The notes: a model not told the origin generated them from the letters alone. A DNA stretch of 54,767 nucleotides from Myxococcales bacterium (GCA_007119175.1 SKQC01000102.1:1-54767), one strand, 5' to 3'; positions 10,088 through 20,415 are shown, counted from the first letter of the stretch. A program made the numbers and translations.

Positions 10088-11824
10088 TTAAAACGTGCGC
10101 TCCAGCGCTTCGCGAAGTTCTTCGGAGTCGTCCTCTTCATCTTCGCTTTCATCGGTCGGATGGTCGTGCAGAAATTCAAAATCGGGCTCCAATTCGCCAT
10201 CCATCTCGTCGGGCTGCATTGCCTGCACCACGCCATGAGCCTCGAAGACCACCATCAGGGCGCGACTGGCACCGACGGCGACCACATTTCCCCCGTCGGC
10301 GGGCACCGAACTCGTCCCCACCTCTTCCCCGGCCTGCATCGGCAAGTCCGGTGAGACCACCAGATCCGTACCGACCCCCGTCGAATCATCGGGGTCGGAA
10401 AATAGTGCCCACATTAGCCCGCCAAAGACAAGAACAATGCCCAGCCCGCCGATCAGGGCCGCCGGAGGAATTCGCCCGCCCAGATCGAGCGCGGCTCGCG
10501 CCCATGGTTCCTCCATCTCGGGAGCGTCCTCATCGCCGGCCATCTGCCTGGTTTGCTTCCGTTCCCCACGCGATTTCGTCAGTAGATCCGACGGCGGAGC
10601 CGCCAGGGTTTCCATCTCCGTGATATCCCGTTTCGACGTATCGGTACCGTCATCTCCCGCCATCGACTTCGAACTCTGGACTTTCTCGTCCCCGGTCTCT
10701 CCGACGACGGTCGACGCCAGATTGTTGATCGGCGATTCCAACTCCCCGGTGATATCCGGCGCTTCGTTTATCCATCGCTGCAAACCGATGGGATCGATCT
10801 CCTGGGCGGGCACGGAGTCGAGCAATTCGTCGTCGAAACACTCCTCACAGATCCGACTCAGCGTCGTCGCCACTTCTTCCATCGACTCCGGTCTTTTCTC
10901 CGGCGCTTTCGCCAGCATGCGCACCAGAAAGTCATCCAACTCCTCGGGCACGCTTTCCAGCCCCGGAATCGACGACAGCGGACGTACCGGCTCATTGATA
11001 TGCTTGACCGCATAGCCCATCTGCGTCGACGCATGAAACGGCAGATTTCCACTGATCAATTCATAGAGCATAATGCCGATGCCGTAGATATCTGCCGCGG
11101 CGCCGACGGGATTACCCTGCGCCTGCTCCGGACTCATATAGGCCGGCGTCCCCCACAGTGTTCCCGACTTCGTCATCGTCTCTTCGCGCTTGTGCTTGGC
11201 GATGCCGAAATCCAGCAATTTCGGAAATTCCTCGTTTCCGTCGACCTCCAGAAGATAGATATTCTCCGGTTTAAGATCGCGGTGAATCACATCCCGCAGA
11301 TGAGCCTCGCCGAGCACACCGCATACAGGCGTGATAATATCGAAGACTTCCCGATAACTGACGAATCGATAGGCCAGACGGTCGGCCAAACTCTCTCCGG
11401 ATAACAACTCCATGACCATATATACATGGCCCTCAGAGGTTTGACCGAAGTCAAAAAGCCGTACTGCATGGGGATGTTTGAGATTCGATATCACCCGCGC
11501 TTCGTACATAAAGCGTTTTCGAATCCCGTCGTCGCGGGCGAAATCGAGTTTCAATAATTTCAGCGCCACTTCCGTCTCAAAATCCAGGCGCTGAGCACTG
11601 TAAACGGTGCCCATTCCCCCTTCGCCGAGTTTTTTCAATATCTGAAACCGGCCATCGAAGACGGTTCCCAGCAACGGGTCTTCCTGATCTTCAAACCCGG
11701 TCTCAATAAGACGAGCCCCGTCGTCGGGACAGACATCCATGGCCGTTTTAAATGTTCGACCACACTGCCAGCAGGTCTTGTCCTTTTTTTCACCCGCCTC
11801 TGCTTGTGGATTGGAATCGGCCAC
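10088..11824 (-). CDS. Hanks-type membrane Ser/Thr protein kinase with N-terminal zinc-ribbon-like motif
   Basis: CWQC...CPDDG; GEGGMG, VALK, HRDLKPEN, DFG, GTPAYMSPE; single C-terminal TM; GGAG upstream of the GTG start. Confidence 0.93.
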   Translation of the reverse strand: MADSNPQAEAGEKKDKTCWQCGRTFKTAMDVCPDDGARLIETGFEDQEDPLLGTVFDGRFQILKKLGEGGMGTVYSAQRLDFETEVALKLLKLDFARDDGIRKRFMYEARVISNLKHPHAVRLFDFGQTSEGHVYMVMELLSGESLADRLAYRFVSYREVFDIITPVCGVLGEAHLRDVIHRDLKPENIYLLEVDGNEEFPKLLDFGIAKHKREETMTKSGTLWGTPAYMSPEQAQGNPVGAAADIYGIGIMLYELISGNLPFHASTQMGYAVKHINEPVRPLSSIPGLESVPEELDDFLVRMLAKAPEKRPESMEEVATTLSRICEECFDDELLDSVPAQEIDPIGLQRWINEAPDITGELESPINNLASTVVGETGDEKVQSSKSMAGDDGTDTSKRDITEMETLAAPPSDLLTKSRGERKQTRQMAGDEDAPEMEEPWARAALDLGGRIPPAALIGGLGIVLVFGGLMWALFSDPDDSTGVGTDLVVSPDLPMQAGEEVGTSSVPADGGNVVAVGASRALMVVFEAHGVVQAMQPDEMDGELEPDFEFLHDHPTDESEDEEDDSEELREALERTF

Positions 11825-12181
11825 GCCGTCGTCATACTCCGGTTGAGGAGCTTGTCTTGTTTAATTATGACTGAACACGTCCCCATTGTCCGCCACTATC
11901 CCCTGATCGCATGTCCGCGCGATCAACACCAGCTATTATCGAAAATCTTCACTTTAGTGCTCCCTCATCGAGCCAAGTCGCGAATCTCCGACAGGAAACA
12001 ATCGACGAGCAAACAAACTTAACATTCACCAGCTCCGCCGTCATCCGCGACCACGGGCCGACAATATCAGCGGGCCCACAAACTCTGAATTGGCATTCGG
12101 TCGGGCCCGGTTGTCACATACCTGAAGGCACACTACATTGTGCTACTCTAATCGACCCGACCCGGTTCGAGTCACCTAGCG

Positions 12182-13249
12182 ATGAATTTTTGTAGCCGCA
12201 TCTACAACCCTACGCGTTCGTTCTGGCTACTTATCTGGGCCGTCATTTCCCTGGGCTATTTGCTGTGCATACCGTCGATTCTCAATGCGAGCGAGCCCCT
12301 TGCCGATGAAGCCACCGGCGATGAATGCCCTACGTATATTGCGCCAGACGACCGAGATAATCCGCAGACTCTGACCCTCCACGGTGTGGCCTGTTTTGAG
12401 GCCGGGCAATATGATTGGGCGCTGACTTATTATACCCGGGCATTTGCCTTAAGTGGTGATCAATTTCTCTTCGGCGGAATTGGCCGCTCCCTTCATGAAC
12501 TCGGCCTCTACGCCCCGGCCATGAACGCCTATCACAAATTTCTCGACGGCGACGAAGTCCCCTCCGGTGCAGACCGGATTCGCAGCCGGGTTGCGCAACT
12601 CGAAGAAACAATTCAGGCCGAAGGAAGCGAGTTATCGCTGCACAGCGCTCCCTCCGATACCACGGTCTACGTCGTCCTCGGCAACGGTGAGCTATACGCG
12701 ATTGGTTCGACACCGATGCAAATCGAACTTCGCGAGGGTGAATACGAATTTGTCTTCGACGACGAGCACTATCACCCGCGAGTGGTCAACGTCACAGCCA
12801 GCCCGGACGAGTCGAGCGAGGTCGACGGACGACTCGTCTCCGAATCATCGGGGCTCAGTGTCTCGGAGCACCGCCGGCGCCGCGCCGGTGTATGGACGGC
12901 AACCACCGGGCTCGGAATCGGCGCCGCCGGAGGGGCTCTTCTGGTGATGTCGGCCCACAATAATTCGACGGCCCGCTCCCTCGAAGAGGACGACTTTTCC
13001 GATCTGAGCGACTACGACGAGCGACGGCGAAGCCATCTCGACAGCGCCCACACTCAGCGCACCTGGGGGACCATCACCACCGCTGCAGGGGCCACCGTAT
13101 TGCTGACCGGCATGCTGCTATATTTCTCCGGCTCTCCCTCCGGCCCGGCCGCCGATGACGACAATTCGCCGTATTCCAAAGACGCACAACGACTGCAACT
13201 CGAGCCCACCGTGGGGCTCAACAATCTCGGCTTTCGACTCCGTTTTTAA
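12182..13249 (+). CDS. Exported TPR + PEGA domain protein with C-terminal hydrophobic helices
   Basis: Signal peptide; TPR-like repeats (GVACFEAGQYDWALTYYTRAF; IGRSLHELGLYAPAMNAYHKFL); PEGA-like LHSAPSDTTVYV...GSTP...GEYEF; ends LGFRLRF. Confidence 0.8.
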   Translation: MNFCSRIYNPTRSFWLLIWAVISLGYLLCIPSILNASEPLADEATGDECPTYIAPDDRDNPQTLTLHGVACFEAGQYDWALTYYTRAFALSGDQFLFGGIGRSLHELGLYAPAMNAYHKFLDGDEVPSGADRIRSRVAQLEETIQAEGSELSLHSAPSDTTVYVVLGNGELYAIGSTPMQIELREGEYEFVFDDEHYHPRVVNVTASPDESSEVDGRLVSESSGLSVSEHRRRRAGVWTATTGLGIGAAGGALLVMSAHNNSTARSLEEDDFSDLSDYDERRRSHLDSAHTQRTWGTITTAAGATVLLTGMLLYFSGSPSGPAADDDNSPYSKDAQRLQLEPTVGLNNLGFRLRF

Positions 13250-14786
13250 GCTCTCCCCAGCCACCACCGCCGGGAGTTTCAATGACCAGCCGGTCGCCGG
13301 CTTCGACGTCGACGACCTGCTTTGCTGCCAGATTTTCGTCTACTCCGTCGGCGCGAATAACCCGGTTTACACCGGGTTTCCCGGCATCACCCCCGGCCAA
13401 TCCGTAGGGCCCCACGGCGCGGCGCTCCGTCATCACGGTAATTGTGGCCGGAGTGTCGAAAAAATAGCTGCGAATCACGCCGTCACCGCCGCGATAACGG
13501 CCGCTCCCCCCTGAACCCCGGCGCAATCCGTAGCGCTCGACGCGAAACGGATAGGCGTGCTCTAAAGCCTCCACCGGTGTGTTGAGCGTATTCGTCATAT
13601 GGGTATGGACTGCCGAAGCCCCGTCGAATCCAGGTCCGGCACCGCTGCCGCCGGCGATGGTCTCGTAATAGGCGTAGGGCTGTCCTCCCCGGCGAACGTC
13701 ATCGCCGCCGATGGTCAGATTATTCATGGTTCCACAGGATGCAGCGGGAATCCGCTCCGGCAACGCCTGGGCAAGCGCCCCGAAGACCACGTCCGTAATT
13801 CGCTGGCTGGTCTCCACATTTCCAATCGCCACCGGCGCCGGAGCTTCGGCGTCGACGACGGTACCCTTGTCGGTCAAAACCTCGATGCAGCGCATATACC
13901 CACCATTCGACGGCAGTTGACGATCGGCGAGACAGCGAAAGGCGTAGAGCGTCGCCGACACCGTCACCGCCCGGGGTACATTGACCGGCCCGGTGACCTG
14001 AGGAGCGCTATCTGAGAAATCGACGACAGCCCTTCCGCCCTCGATAGTGATATCGGCGTGAATGGCGATGGACTCCGTGCCAAATCCATCATCTTCCAAT
14101 TGATCTTCGAAACTCCACGATCCATCGGGCATCTCCTCCAAGGTCGACGCCATAAATCGCTCACTGTGGTCCTGAAGAGCGGTCGCGGCGCTGAGCAAAG
14201 TATCTCCACGGCGTCGAAGCTCCTCGCTGAGCCGGTCGATGCCCCGTCGGTTGGCCGCAATCTGGGCCATCAGGTCTCCGCGCCGCTCCTCGGGCGTGCG
14301 GCTGGCATCGAGGATCTGCTCCTCTATCTCGGAATCCCACCTCCTGGGCGAAATGCGGATCCCCTCCTCATCGATCGACTTCGACAGGGGGAGACTGCCC
14401 GGCGTCTTTCCCCCGACGTCGGCGTGGTGAGCCCGGTTGGCCACATAAAAGATGGGCTTACCCTCGCCGTCACATACCGGCGATACGAAGGTAATATCCG
14501 GCAGATGAGTCCCTCCGGCGTAGGGGTCGTTTAAGACCACATGATCGCCGGAGCTCATCTCAACGGCCTGGCGAGCAGCAGCGACGCTCATGGGCGTTGA
14601 GCCCAGATGAACCGGGATATGAGCCGCCTGGGCCACCATCTCTGCTGAGGCATCAAAGATGGCACAGGAGAAGTCGCGGCGCTCTTTGATATTTGGCGAA
14701 AACGACGAGCGCATCAAAACCACTCCCATCTCCTCGGCAATCGAGGCGAAGAGATGGCGAAAGACCTCCAATTCAATGGGATTCAT
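13218..14786 (-). CDS. Hydantoinase B / 5-oxoprolinase subunit
   Basis: SIAEEMG, SPNIKERRDFSCA, NDPYAGGTHLPD, AHHADVGG, ETPGGGGWG; ATG 14786 overlaps the subunit A stop (ATGA). Confidence 0.93.
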   Translation of the reverse strand: MNPIELEVFRHLFASIAEEMGVVLMRSSFSPNIKERRDFSCAIFDASAEMVAQAAHIPVHLGSTPMSVAAARQAVEMSSGDHVVLNDPYAGGTHLPDITFVSPVCDGEGKPIFYVANRAHHADVGGKTPGSLPLSKSIDEEGIRISPRRWDSEIEEQILDASRTPEERRGDLMAQIAANRRGIDRLSEELRRRGDTLLSAATALQDHSERFMASTLEEMPDGSWSFEDQLEDDGFGTESIAIHADITIEGGRAVVDFSDSAPQVTGPVNVPRAVTVSATLYAFRCLADRQLPSNGGYMRCIEVLTDKGTVVDAEAPAPVAIGNVETSQRITDVVFGALAQALPERIPAASCGTMNNLTIGGDDVRRGGQPYAYYETIAGGSGAGPGFDGASAVHTHMTNTLNTPVEALEHAYPFRVERYGLRRGSGGSGRYRGGDGVIRSYFFDTPATITVMTERRAVGPYGLAGGDAGKPGVNRVIRADGVDENLAAKQVVDVEAGDRLVIETPGGGGWGELKNGVESRDC

Positions 14787-16816
14787 GACGTCCCCTGATT
14801 TTGAATCAAAAGATGGCCACTTTCGACGGTCGCGCTCCACCCGTCGAGGACAATTGATGTCCCGCTATACTCAGTGATCACCGCCGGCCCGGGTACCTCA
14901 GCGCCCTCGCTAAGAGCAGCTCGAGCGATGACTTCCACCGGTGTCGGTCCGGCGCCGAGGTCTATCGTCATCATCTCACCCTCGATTTCGCCATCAGACA
15001 CGTGTTCGGTCGCTTTCGCGCCAGACCAACCGGCCCCACTGCGCCGCGCCTCAAGGCGCAGGTCGACTAACTCGATGGGACGTCCCTCGGCAATATATCC
15101 GTAGAGGCGATCGTGTTCGCGCTCGAAGGCCGGGCTCGGATCTGTCCAGGCCGTCTTGTCGGCGCCCCAGTCCACATCGACGGAGATGGCATAACTCTGT
15201 CCCTGGTAACGAAGCGACACCGTCCAGTTAAGCTCCGGTTCAGGCTCTCCCATCTCTCGGCAGGCCCGCTCCTCGGCTGGCCTCATCACCTCGCGCACCT
15301 CCTGCTGACCCGGACTATCGAGACACTCCCGGACAGGCCGCAGCACAGTACGCGAGTACAACCGCCGTGGATCTGAGCGAAGCATCCCCACCGCCGACAA
15401 CAGACCGGGAAAGCTCGGCACGACCACCGTCGACATCTCGAGCGCCTGCGCCAGGCGACAGGCGTGCAATCCTCCTGCTCCGCCGAAGGCCACCAACGCA
15501 TAGCCCCGAGGATCATGACCGCGCTCCAACGATATCACTTTGATCGCCCGCGCCATCGCCGCATCGGCCACATCCAGAATACCACGGGCCGTCTCCGGTC
15601 GACTCGTCCCCAATTTCTCGCCTAATTTATCGACGGCTGCCCCGGCGGCCTCAACGTCGAGTTTCATCCGGCCGCCCAGGAATTGCTCCGGTCGAAGACT
15701 CCCTAAGACCACGTGGGCGTCGGTCACCGTCGGCTGCGATCCTCCGCGCCCATAGGCCGCCGGCCCCGGATCAGCGCCGGCGCTTCGCGGCCCCACCCGA
15801 AGCGCCCCACCGGCGTCGACATACGCTATCGAGCCCCCGCCGGCCCCAACAGTATAAATGTCGATGACCGGCACCTGCAGCGGCATCCCACCGATCTGCC
15901 CCTCATCGGTCAACGTCGCTTCCCCGTCAGCAAGACTGACATCGGTCGACGTGCCGCCCATATCGAAGGAAATGACCTGTTCGACACTCAGGCTCTTCGC
16001 CGTCTCCACCGCCCCCACAACACCTCCGGCCGGCCCGGACAATACGGTGTGGACCGGCAGACGAGCAGCGTGACCGGCATCGGCCCTGCCTCCGTGTGAC
16101 TGCAAGACCTCGAGGCGATCGACGTCCTTTAGCCTCTCCCCAAGTCGCTGAAGATAACGCCCCATCACCGGGCCCACATAGCCATTGACCGTCGTCGTCG
16201 ACGCCCGTTCATACTCCCGAAACGTGGCCGTCACCTCGGTTGAAGCAGTGACATGCCAGTCTCTGCCACTGGACCGAAACGCCGCCGCGAGCCGCTCCTC
16301 GTGTTCTCGGTTGGCATACGAGTGCAACAGGCAGATCACGACGGCGTCGGGATCCACAGCCGCCACTTCACCCACCACCTGCTCGACGGCTTCATCGCTT
16401 AGCGCCTCAATGACCTCGCCCTCGGCATCGAGTCGCTCACGAACGCCAAAACAAACCCCTTCGTCGACCAATGCGGAGGGCAATTCGATATTTAAGGCGT
16501 ATAATTCGGGGCGGTTTTGACGCCGCATCCACAGCAAGTCTTCAAATCCCTCAGTGGTGACGAAGGCAACCTTTCCGCCCTGCCTTTCCAGCAGTGCATT
16601 CGTCGCCACCGTCGTTCCGTGGATCACCTCGCCGCCCATCGTTTCCCGTTTTTCGAAAACAGCTCGCACGCCGTCACCGATGGCCCGCGATGGATCGCCG
16701 GGGGTCGACAATAATTTGTGGACCCGCACAGATCCGTTGCTCCCCTGCATTATCACGTCCGTAAACGTCCCCCCCGTATCGACACCGATACGAATTTCTT
16801 CGTCGTCCATGCTCAT
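14783..16816 (-). CDS. Hydantoinase A / 5-oxoprolinase ATP-binding subunit
   Basis: GVDTGGTFTD, HGTTVATNALL, SGPAGG, DMGGTSTD, GAGGGSIA, AFGGAGGLHA. Confidence 0.94.
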   Translation of the reverse strand: MSMDDEEIRIGVDTGGTFTDVIMQGSNGSVRVHKLLSTPGDPSRAIGDGVRAVFEKRETMGGEVIHGTTVATNALLERQGGKVAFVTTEGFEDLLWMRRQNRPELYALNIELPSALVDEGVCFGVRERLDAEGEVIEALSDEAVEQVVGEVAAVDPDAVVICLLHSYANREHEERLAAAFRSSGRDWHVTASTEVTATFREYERASTTTVNGYVGPVMGRYLQRLGERLKDVDRLEVLQSHGGRADAGHAARLPVHTVLSGPAGGVVGAVETAKSLSVEQVISFDMGGTSTDVSLADGEATLTDEGQIGGMPLQVPVIDIYTVGAGGGSIAYVDAGGALRVGPRSAGADPGPAAYGRGGSQPTVTDAHVVLGSLRPEQFLGGRMKLDVEAAGAAVDKLGEKLGTSRPETARGILDVADAAMARAIKVISLERGHDPRGYALVAFGGAGGLHACRLAQALEMSTVVVPSFPGLLSAVGMLRSDPRRLYSRTVLRPVRECLDSPGQQEVREVMRPAEERACREMGEPEPELNWTVSLRYQGQSYAISVDVDWGADKTAWTDPSPAFEREHDRLYGYIAEGRPIELVDLRLEARRSGAGWSGAKATEHVSDGEIEGEMMTIDLGAGPTPVEVIARAALSEGAEVPGPAVITEYSGTSIVLDGWSATVESGHLLIQNQGTS

Positions 16817-16869
16817 CGCCCCTCATCTATCGCGATTGCGGTCTAATAGCCTGTTGCGCATAACAGGCG

Positions 16870-18195
16870 TCACGGAAAGACCCCGCGCTCGACATAGACC
16901 TCGTTGATCCGCCGCAACGCCACGGCCAGTGCTGCAGATCGATTGTCGATATCGTGCTCTCGGGCAAATGCACGCATCTCGTAATAAGCCCGCTTCATCT
17001 TCATATGCAGCCGGCTGTCCACCTCCTGCAACTGCCAGGTCTCGGAGCGCTTATTTTGAATCCACTCGAAATACGAGACCACCACGCCGCCGGCGTTGGC
17101 CATAATGTCGGGAATGACGTCGATGCCCCGCTCCCTCATCACTTCTGCCCCCTCCACCGTCGTCGGCCCATTCGCCCCTTCGGCGACCACCTTGCAATCG
17201 AGCGATTGGGCTACCTCGGCATCGATCTGTAGCTCCAGCGCGGCGGGAATGCAGATATCACAACTGACGCCCCAGAACGCGCTGTCGTCGATGGCCTCTG
17301 AGCCCGGATAGCCGGCGACACCGCCGTTTTCCTCAACCCACTGCGCCAGTTTTCGCGGATAGAGCCCATCGGCGTTGTAGATCGAGCCGGTGTGGTCTTG
17401 AACGGCGGTCAAAACGGCGCCGAGGCGATTGAGAATCTGGGCGGCATTGCTGCCCACATTTCCGTACCCCTGGACGATAAACTCCGCGCCATCGAGGCGA
17501 ACGCCTCGCTCATTGGCCCACTCCTGGATGCAATATATTACGCCCTGGCCGGTGGCCTTCTCCCGTCCACGACTGCCCCCGGAGGTGATGCTCTTGCCGG
17601 TGACGATGCGGCGTTTGGCGTTTTTATCCACCGCTCCCTGCATATTCATATAGGTGTCCATCATCCACACCATGGTCTGGCTATTGGTCCCCATATCGGG
17701 TCCCGGGATATCGTAGTCCGGACCGATATTATTGCCCAGATCATGGGTAAATCGCCGCGTAATCGCCTCCTGCTCGCCCGGGGTATATTTGCGGCCGTTG
17801 ATGCGAATACCACCCTTTGCTCCGCCGAAGGGAACCTCCAGAAGAGCGCATTTATAGGTCATCAGCGCTGCCAGCGCCTTGACCTCATCGAGGGTCACGT
17901 CGTGGTGGTAGCGCATCCCCCCTTTATAGGGACCCAAAATATTATTGTGTTGGATCCGATAGCCCGTAAATAGTTCGTAACTCCCGTTGTCCATACGAAC
18001 TGGAAAATTGACGATGACCTCGTTTTTGGGCTCGCTCAATATCAGACGCACGTGGTCTTTAAGAGGCACCTGCTCCTGAGCGTCGGAGAGCTGAGCGAGA
18101 TGGGTTTTATAAAACTGCAAACCACGATCATCGACACTTGTCGTATCCTGGCTTCCCTTCCCCACAATATCTGGCGATTCCGGCTCTTTGCTCAT
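16870..18195 (-). CDS. gdhA: Glu/Leu/Phe/Val dehydrogenase, probably glutamate dehydrogenase
   Basis: GPYKGGMRY, MTYKCA, PFGGAKGG, GPDMGT, QGYGNVG, EGANGPT, NAGGVVVSYFEW. Confidence 0.93.
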   Translation of the reverse strand: MSKEPESPDIVGKGSQDTTSVDDRGLQFYKTHLAQLSDAQEQVPLKDHVRLILSEPKNEVIVNFPVRMDNGSYELFTGYRIQHNNILGPYKGGMRYHHDVTLDEVKALAALMTYKCALLEVPFGGAKGGIRINGRKYTPGEQEAITRRFTHDLGNNIGPDYDIPGPDMGTNSQTMVWMMDTYMNMQGAVDKNAKRRIVTGKSITSGGSRGREKATGQGVIYCIQEWANERGVRLDGAEFIVQGYGNVGSNAAQILNRLGAVLTAVQDHTGSIYNADGLYPRKLAQWVEENGGVAGYPGSEAIDDSAFWGVSCDICIPAALELQIDAEVAQSLDCKVVAEGANGPTTVEGAEVMRERGIDVIPDIMANAGGVVVSYFEWIQNKRSETWQLQEVDSRLHMKMKRAYYEMRAFAREHDIDNRSAALAVALRRINEVYVERGVFP

Positions 18196-18289
18196 CGTCG
18201 ACTCTCCCGATTACCAATCGATTTATCATCATCGAAAAATTGAATTCAAACGTGGCCAGACTCAGTGCCGCGCCCTCAACCTTTGGCCA

Positions 18290-19336
18290 TCATTCATCGG
18301 CCGTTTCCTCACTTTCCTCGGTATCTTCGTCGACCTGCTGGTCTTCCCCGTCGGCTTCCTGGTCGCCTTCCGGATCTTCGTCGTCAGCCTCGTCGGGCTC
18401 ATCGAAGAGTTCAACCGGAGGGTCGTCATCCTGAGGAGTAGACCTCGGTTCCACATCATAGGCGGGCCGAATCTCGGAGATGCTATTGATCCCCTGAACG
18501 AAGGCCTCCACGTAATAGTCGATAAAATACGTCTCTCCGGCGGCGTCACTGAGCAGGACTTCGACGCGCACCCGATGTATATCCTCCGGATACAGACCAT
18601 AGACCTCAGCGCGCTGCATTGCCTCCAGCTCTGTGACGAGCGGTTCCATCTCCTCGGCAAATTGTTCCACTGAAGCCCCTCGCCAACCGGCATTTCGCGA
18701 GACCCGAAACCGCGCGCCCTCAAAATTGCGCTGACGCAATATTCGATGGAAATTCATCGCCGCTTCACTATAGCGATCGTGTTCGATATCCCGCACCCGA
18801 TGCTCGATCTCCCACTCGTCGACATCAAGCCCGGCGCTCCCGGCTTCGGGGTCGATAGAGCTATCCTGGACGTGGACTGTCAGGGCGATCACCTCGGCAG
18901 ACCGGGGTTCGGCAAAGTCGACGGAGGCCCGCCAGCGATTTTCATCTTCCCGGTCGGTGTGGTGGATTCCGTAGACCGGAAGCGGCGGCGTGTCAGCCAA
19001 CGAAAGTTCCTCAAACTCGCTGATAAATTCCGGTTTCGTGACCCGCTGCTGTGTCGACTCGTGGAGCATCTCATAGGCGCCGTCGTAGTCGCCGCCGTGC
19101 AGCGACTGGGCAAACTCATAGGTCGCCGTGCGCATATACTCCTGCTTTTCGCCGTGTTCGATGCAGCAGGTGGCGACGCGAAAGACACCGAGTCCCATCA
19201 GCAAAGCCCCGACGAGAACGAGCACGGCACAGCCGAGTCCCGTGATCAAAAAGAGCTTCTTCCAGATGCTTCCGCCACCCTGGCCCCCTGAACCGCCATA
19301 TCCCCCTGCCTGCAGCCTGCTCTGCCCTGCGTTCAT
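18290..19336 (-). CDS. Membrane-anchored hypothetical protein with two similar extracytoplasmic units and acidic tail
   Basis: Gly-rich N-terminus, one TM, two similar segments (FAQSLHGGDYDGAY / FHRILRQRNFEGAR), D/E-rich C-terminus. Confidence 0.7.
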   Translation of the reverse strand: MNAGQSRLQAGGYGGSGGQGGGSIWKKLFLITGLGCAVLVLVGALLMGLGVFRVATCCIEHGEKQEYMRTATYEFAQSLHGGDYDGAYEMLHESTQQRVTKPEFISEFEELSLADTPPLPVYGIHHTDREDENRWRASVDFAEPRSAEVIALTVHVQDSSIDPEAGSAGLDVDEWEIEHRVRDIEHDRYSEAAMNFHRILRQRNFEGARFRVSRNAGWRGASVEQFAEEMEPLVTELEAMQRAEVYGLYPEDIHRVRVEVLLSDAAGETYFIDYYVEAFVQGINSISEIRPAYDVEPRSTPQDDDPPVELFDEPDEADDEDPEGDQEADGEDQQVDEDTEESEETADE

Positions 19337-19409
19337 CGGTCACCATCCCGTCTGGATTAATTCATCGACCACGAGTCGTGCTGGAATGTAGCGAGCAACT
19401 CCCATCGAT

Positions 19410-20327
19410 TCAACGGCGACTGCCAAAACGCCCGGCCATCGCCCTGAGTCCCTTCGCCGGACGGAGCAGAGTGACCGTCGGTCCCGGTACGACCTGCACG
19501 ACGCACGATTCCTCGCCGCCATGGAGGCGTCCATCGAGCAACCAGCCCTGTGGTGTATCGAGGTGAAGGCTCTCAAAGCGCCGCGCCCGCCGTCCTTTGC
19601 GCTTTAAAACACCGGGCGTCACAGCGTGGCGCAACAGCTCGGGCGTCGACAATTTTTCCCACAACACGGCTCCGTCGCCGTCTGTCCCCAGACCGAAATA
19701 GGTCTGTTTGAGCGTCGATACCATCATCGAGCCCCCCCGGGCGTCAGTGGGCTCGTGATCGATGGCCACCCGCATCGCCACCGGCGTGTCATCGTCTTCG
19801 CTAAGAGTATCAGTGGCCAGTTGGCCGACTGCCGAGACGAGATTTCCCGCCCCACCCCGGGCCTGCCGACGGGCCTGCGCGGCCCGATATAGCCACCCGG
19901 CGGCGAAACTAAATCCATACCAGGCGGCGCGCTCCGTCGACGATGTCACCTTGATTGTTCCCACCTGTTCCTGTCGCCAATCAGACACACCGCGGCGCAT
20001 CTGCCGCGCTGCCCGCGCCGCCGAGATCACTCCATCGCCGTGATCGGCGACCAGGGTCTCGCCGCCGTCGACGGGCCACAGCCGAAGGGGATCGACGCCC
20101 AGCGAACTCCGTCGCCAATAAGCCGTGACGACCTGGCCGACCAGGTCGTCGCCTCCGGCCACGATAAAGCCCTCGCAACCATCGTCGAACGATTCCTCGA
20201 GTACGTCGGAGGCCTCGTTTAAATCCGCTGGCCAGGCCACCACCGATGTCGGGGTTCGCTCCCAGGTCGAGCGCGCCTCGGCGACATCGTCAGCCGCCGA
20301 AATGACGATCATCTTGTCGGAATCCAT
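19410..20327 (-). CDS. Diacylglycerol-kinase catalytic-domain-like protein (divergent)
   Basis: IVAGGDD motif (canonical GGDGT) and C-terminal LDGRL; GAGG RBS. Confidence 0.6.
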   Translation of the reverse strand: MDSDKMIVISAADDVAEARSTWERTPTSVVAWPADLNEASDVLEESFDDGCEGFIVAGGDDLVGQVVTAYWRRSSLGVDPLRLWPVDGGETLVADHGDGVISAARAARQMRRGVSDWRQEQVGTIKVTSSTERAAWYGFSFAAGWLYRAAQARRQARGGAGNLVSAVGQLATDTLSEDDDTPVAMRVAIDHEPTDARGGSMMVSTLKQTYFGLGTDGDGAVLWEKLSTPELLRHAVTPGVLKRKGRRARRFESLHLDTPQGWLLDGRLHGGEESCVVQVVPGPTVTLLRPAKGLRAMAGRFGSRR

Positions 20328-20353
20328 CCATCCCTCATCAATGCATTAAATAC

Positions 20354-20383
20354 AAAAAACCGCCGCGTACGGCGGCGGTTTTT
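20354..20383. terminator. Intrinsic terminator downstream of the anti-sigma gene (possibly bidirectional)
   Basis: aaaaaaccgccgc-gtacg-gcggcggttttt: GC stem flanked by A and T tracts. Confidence 0.85.
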
Positions 20384-20415
20384 CCAAAATTCGTAGATTA
20401 CCGGGTGCTTTGCGA

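Noticed and set aside
13218..13249. Convergent 3' overlaps (here and cls/mutY at 36110-36119)
   Set aside because: Short convergent overlaps are common in compact bacterial genomes.
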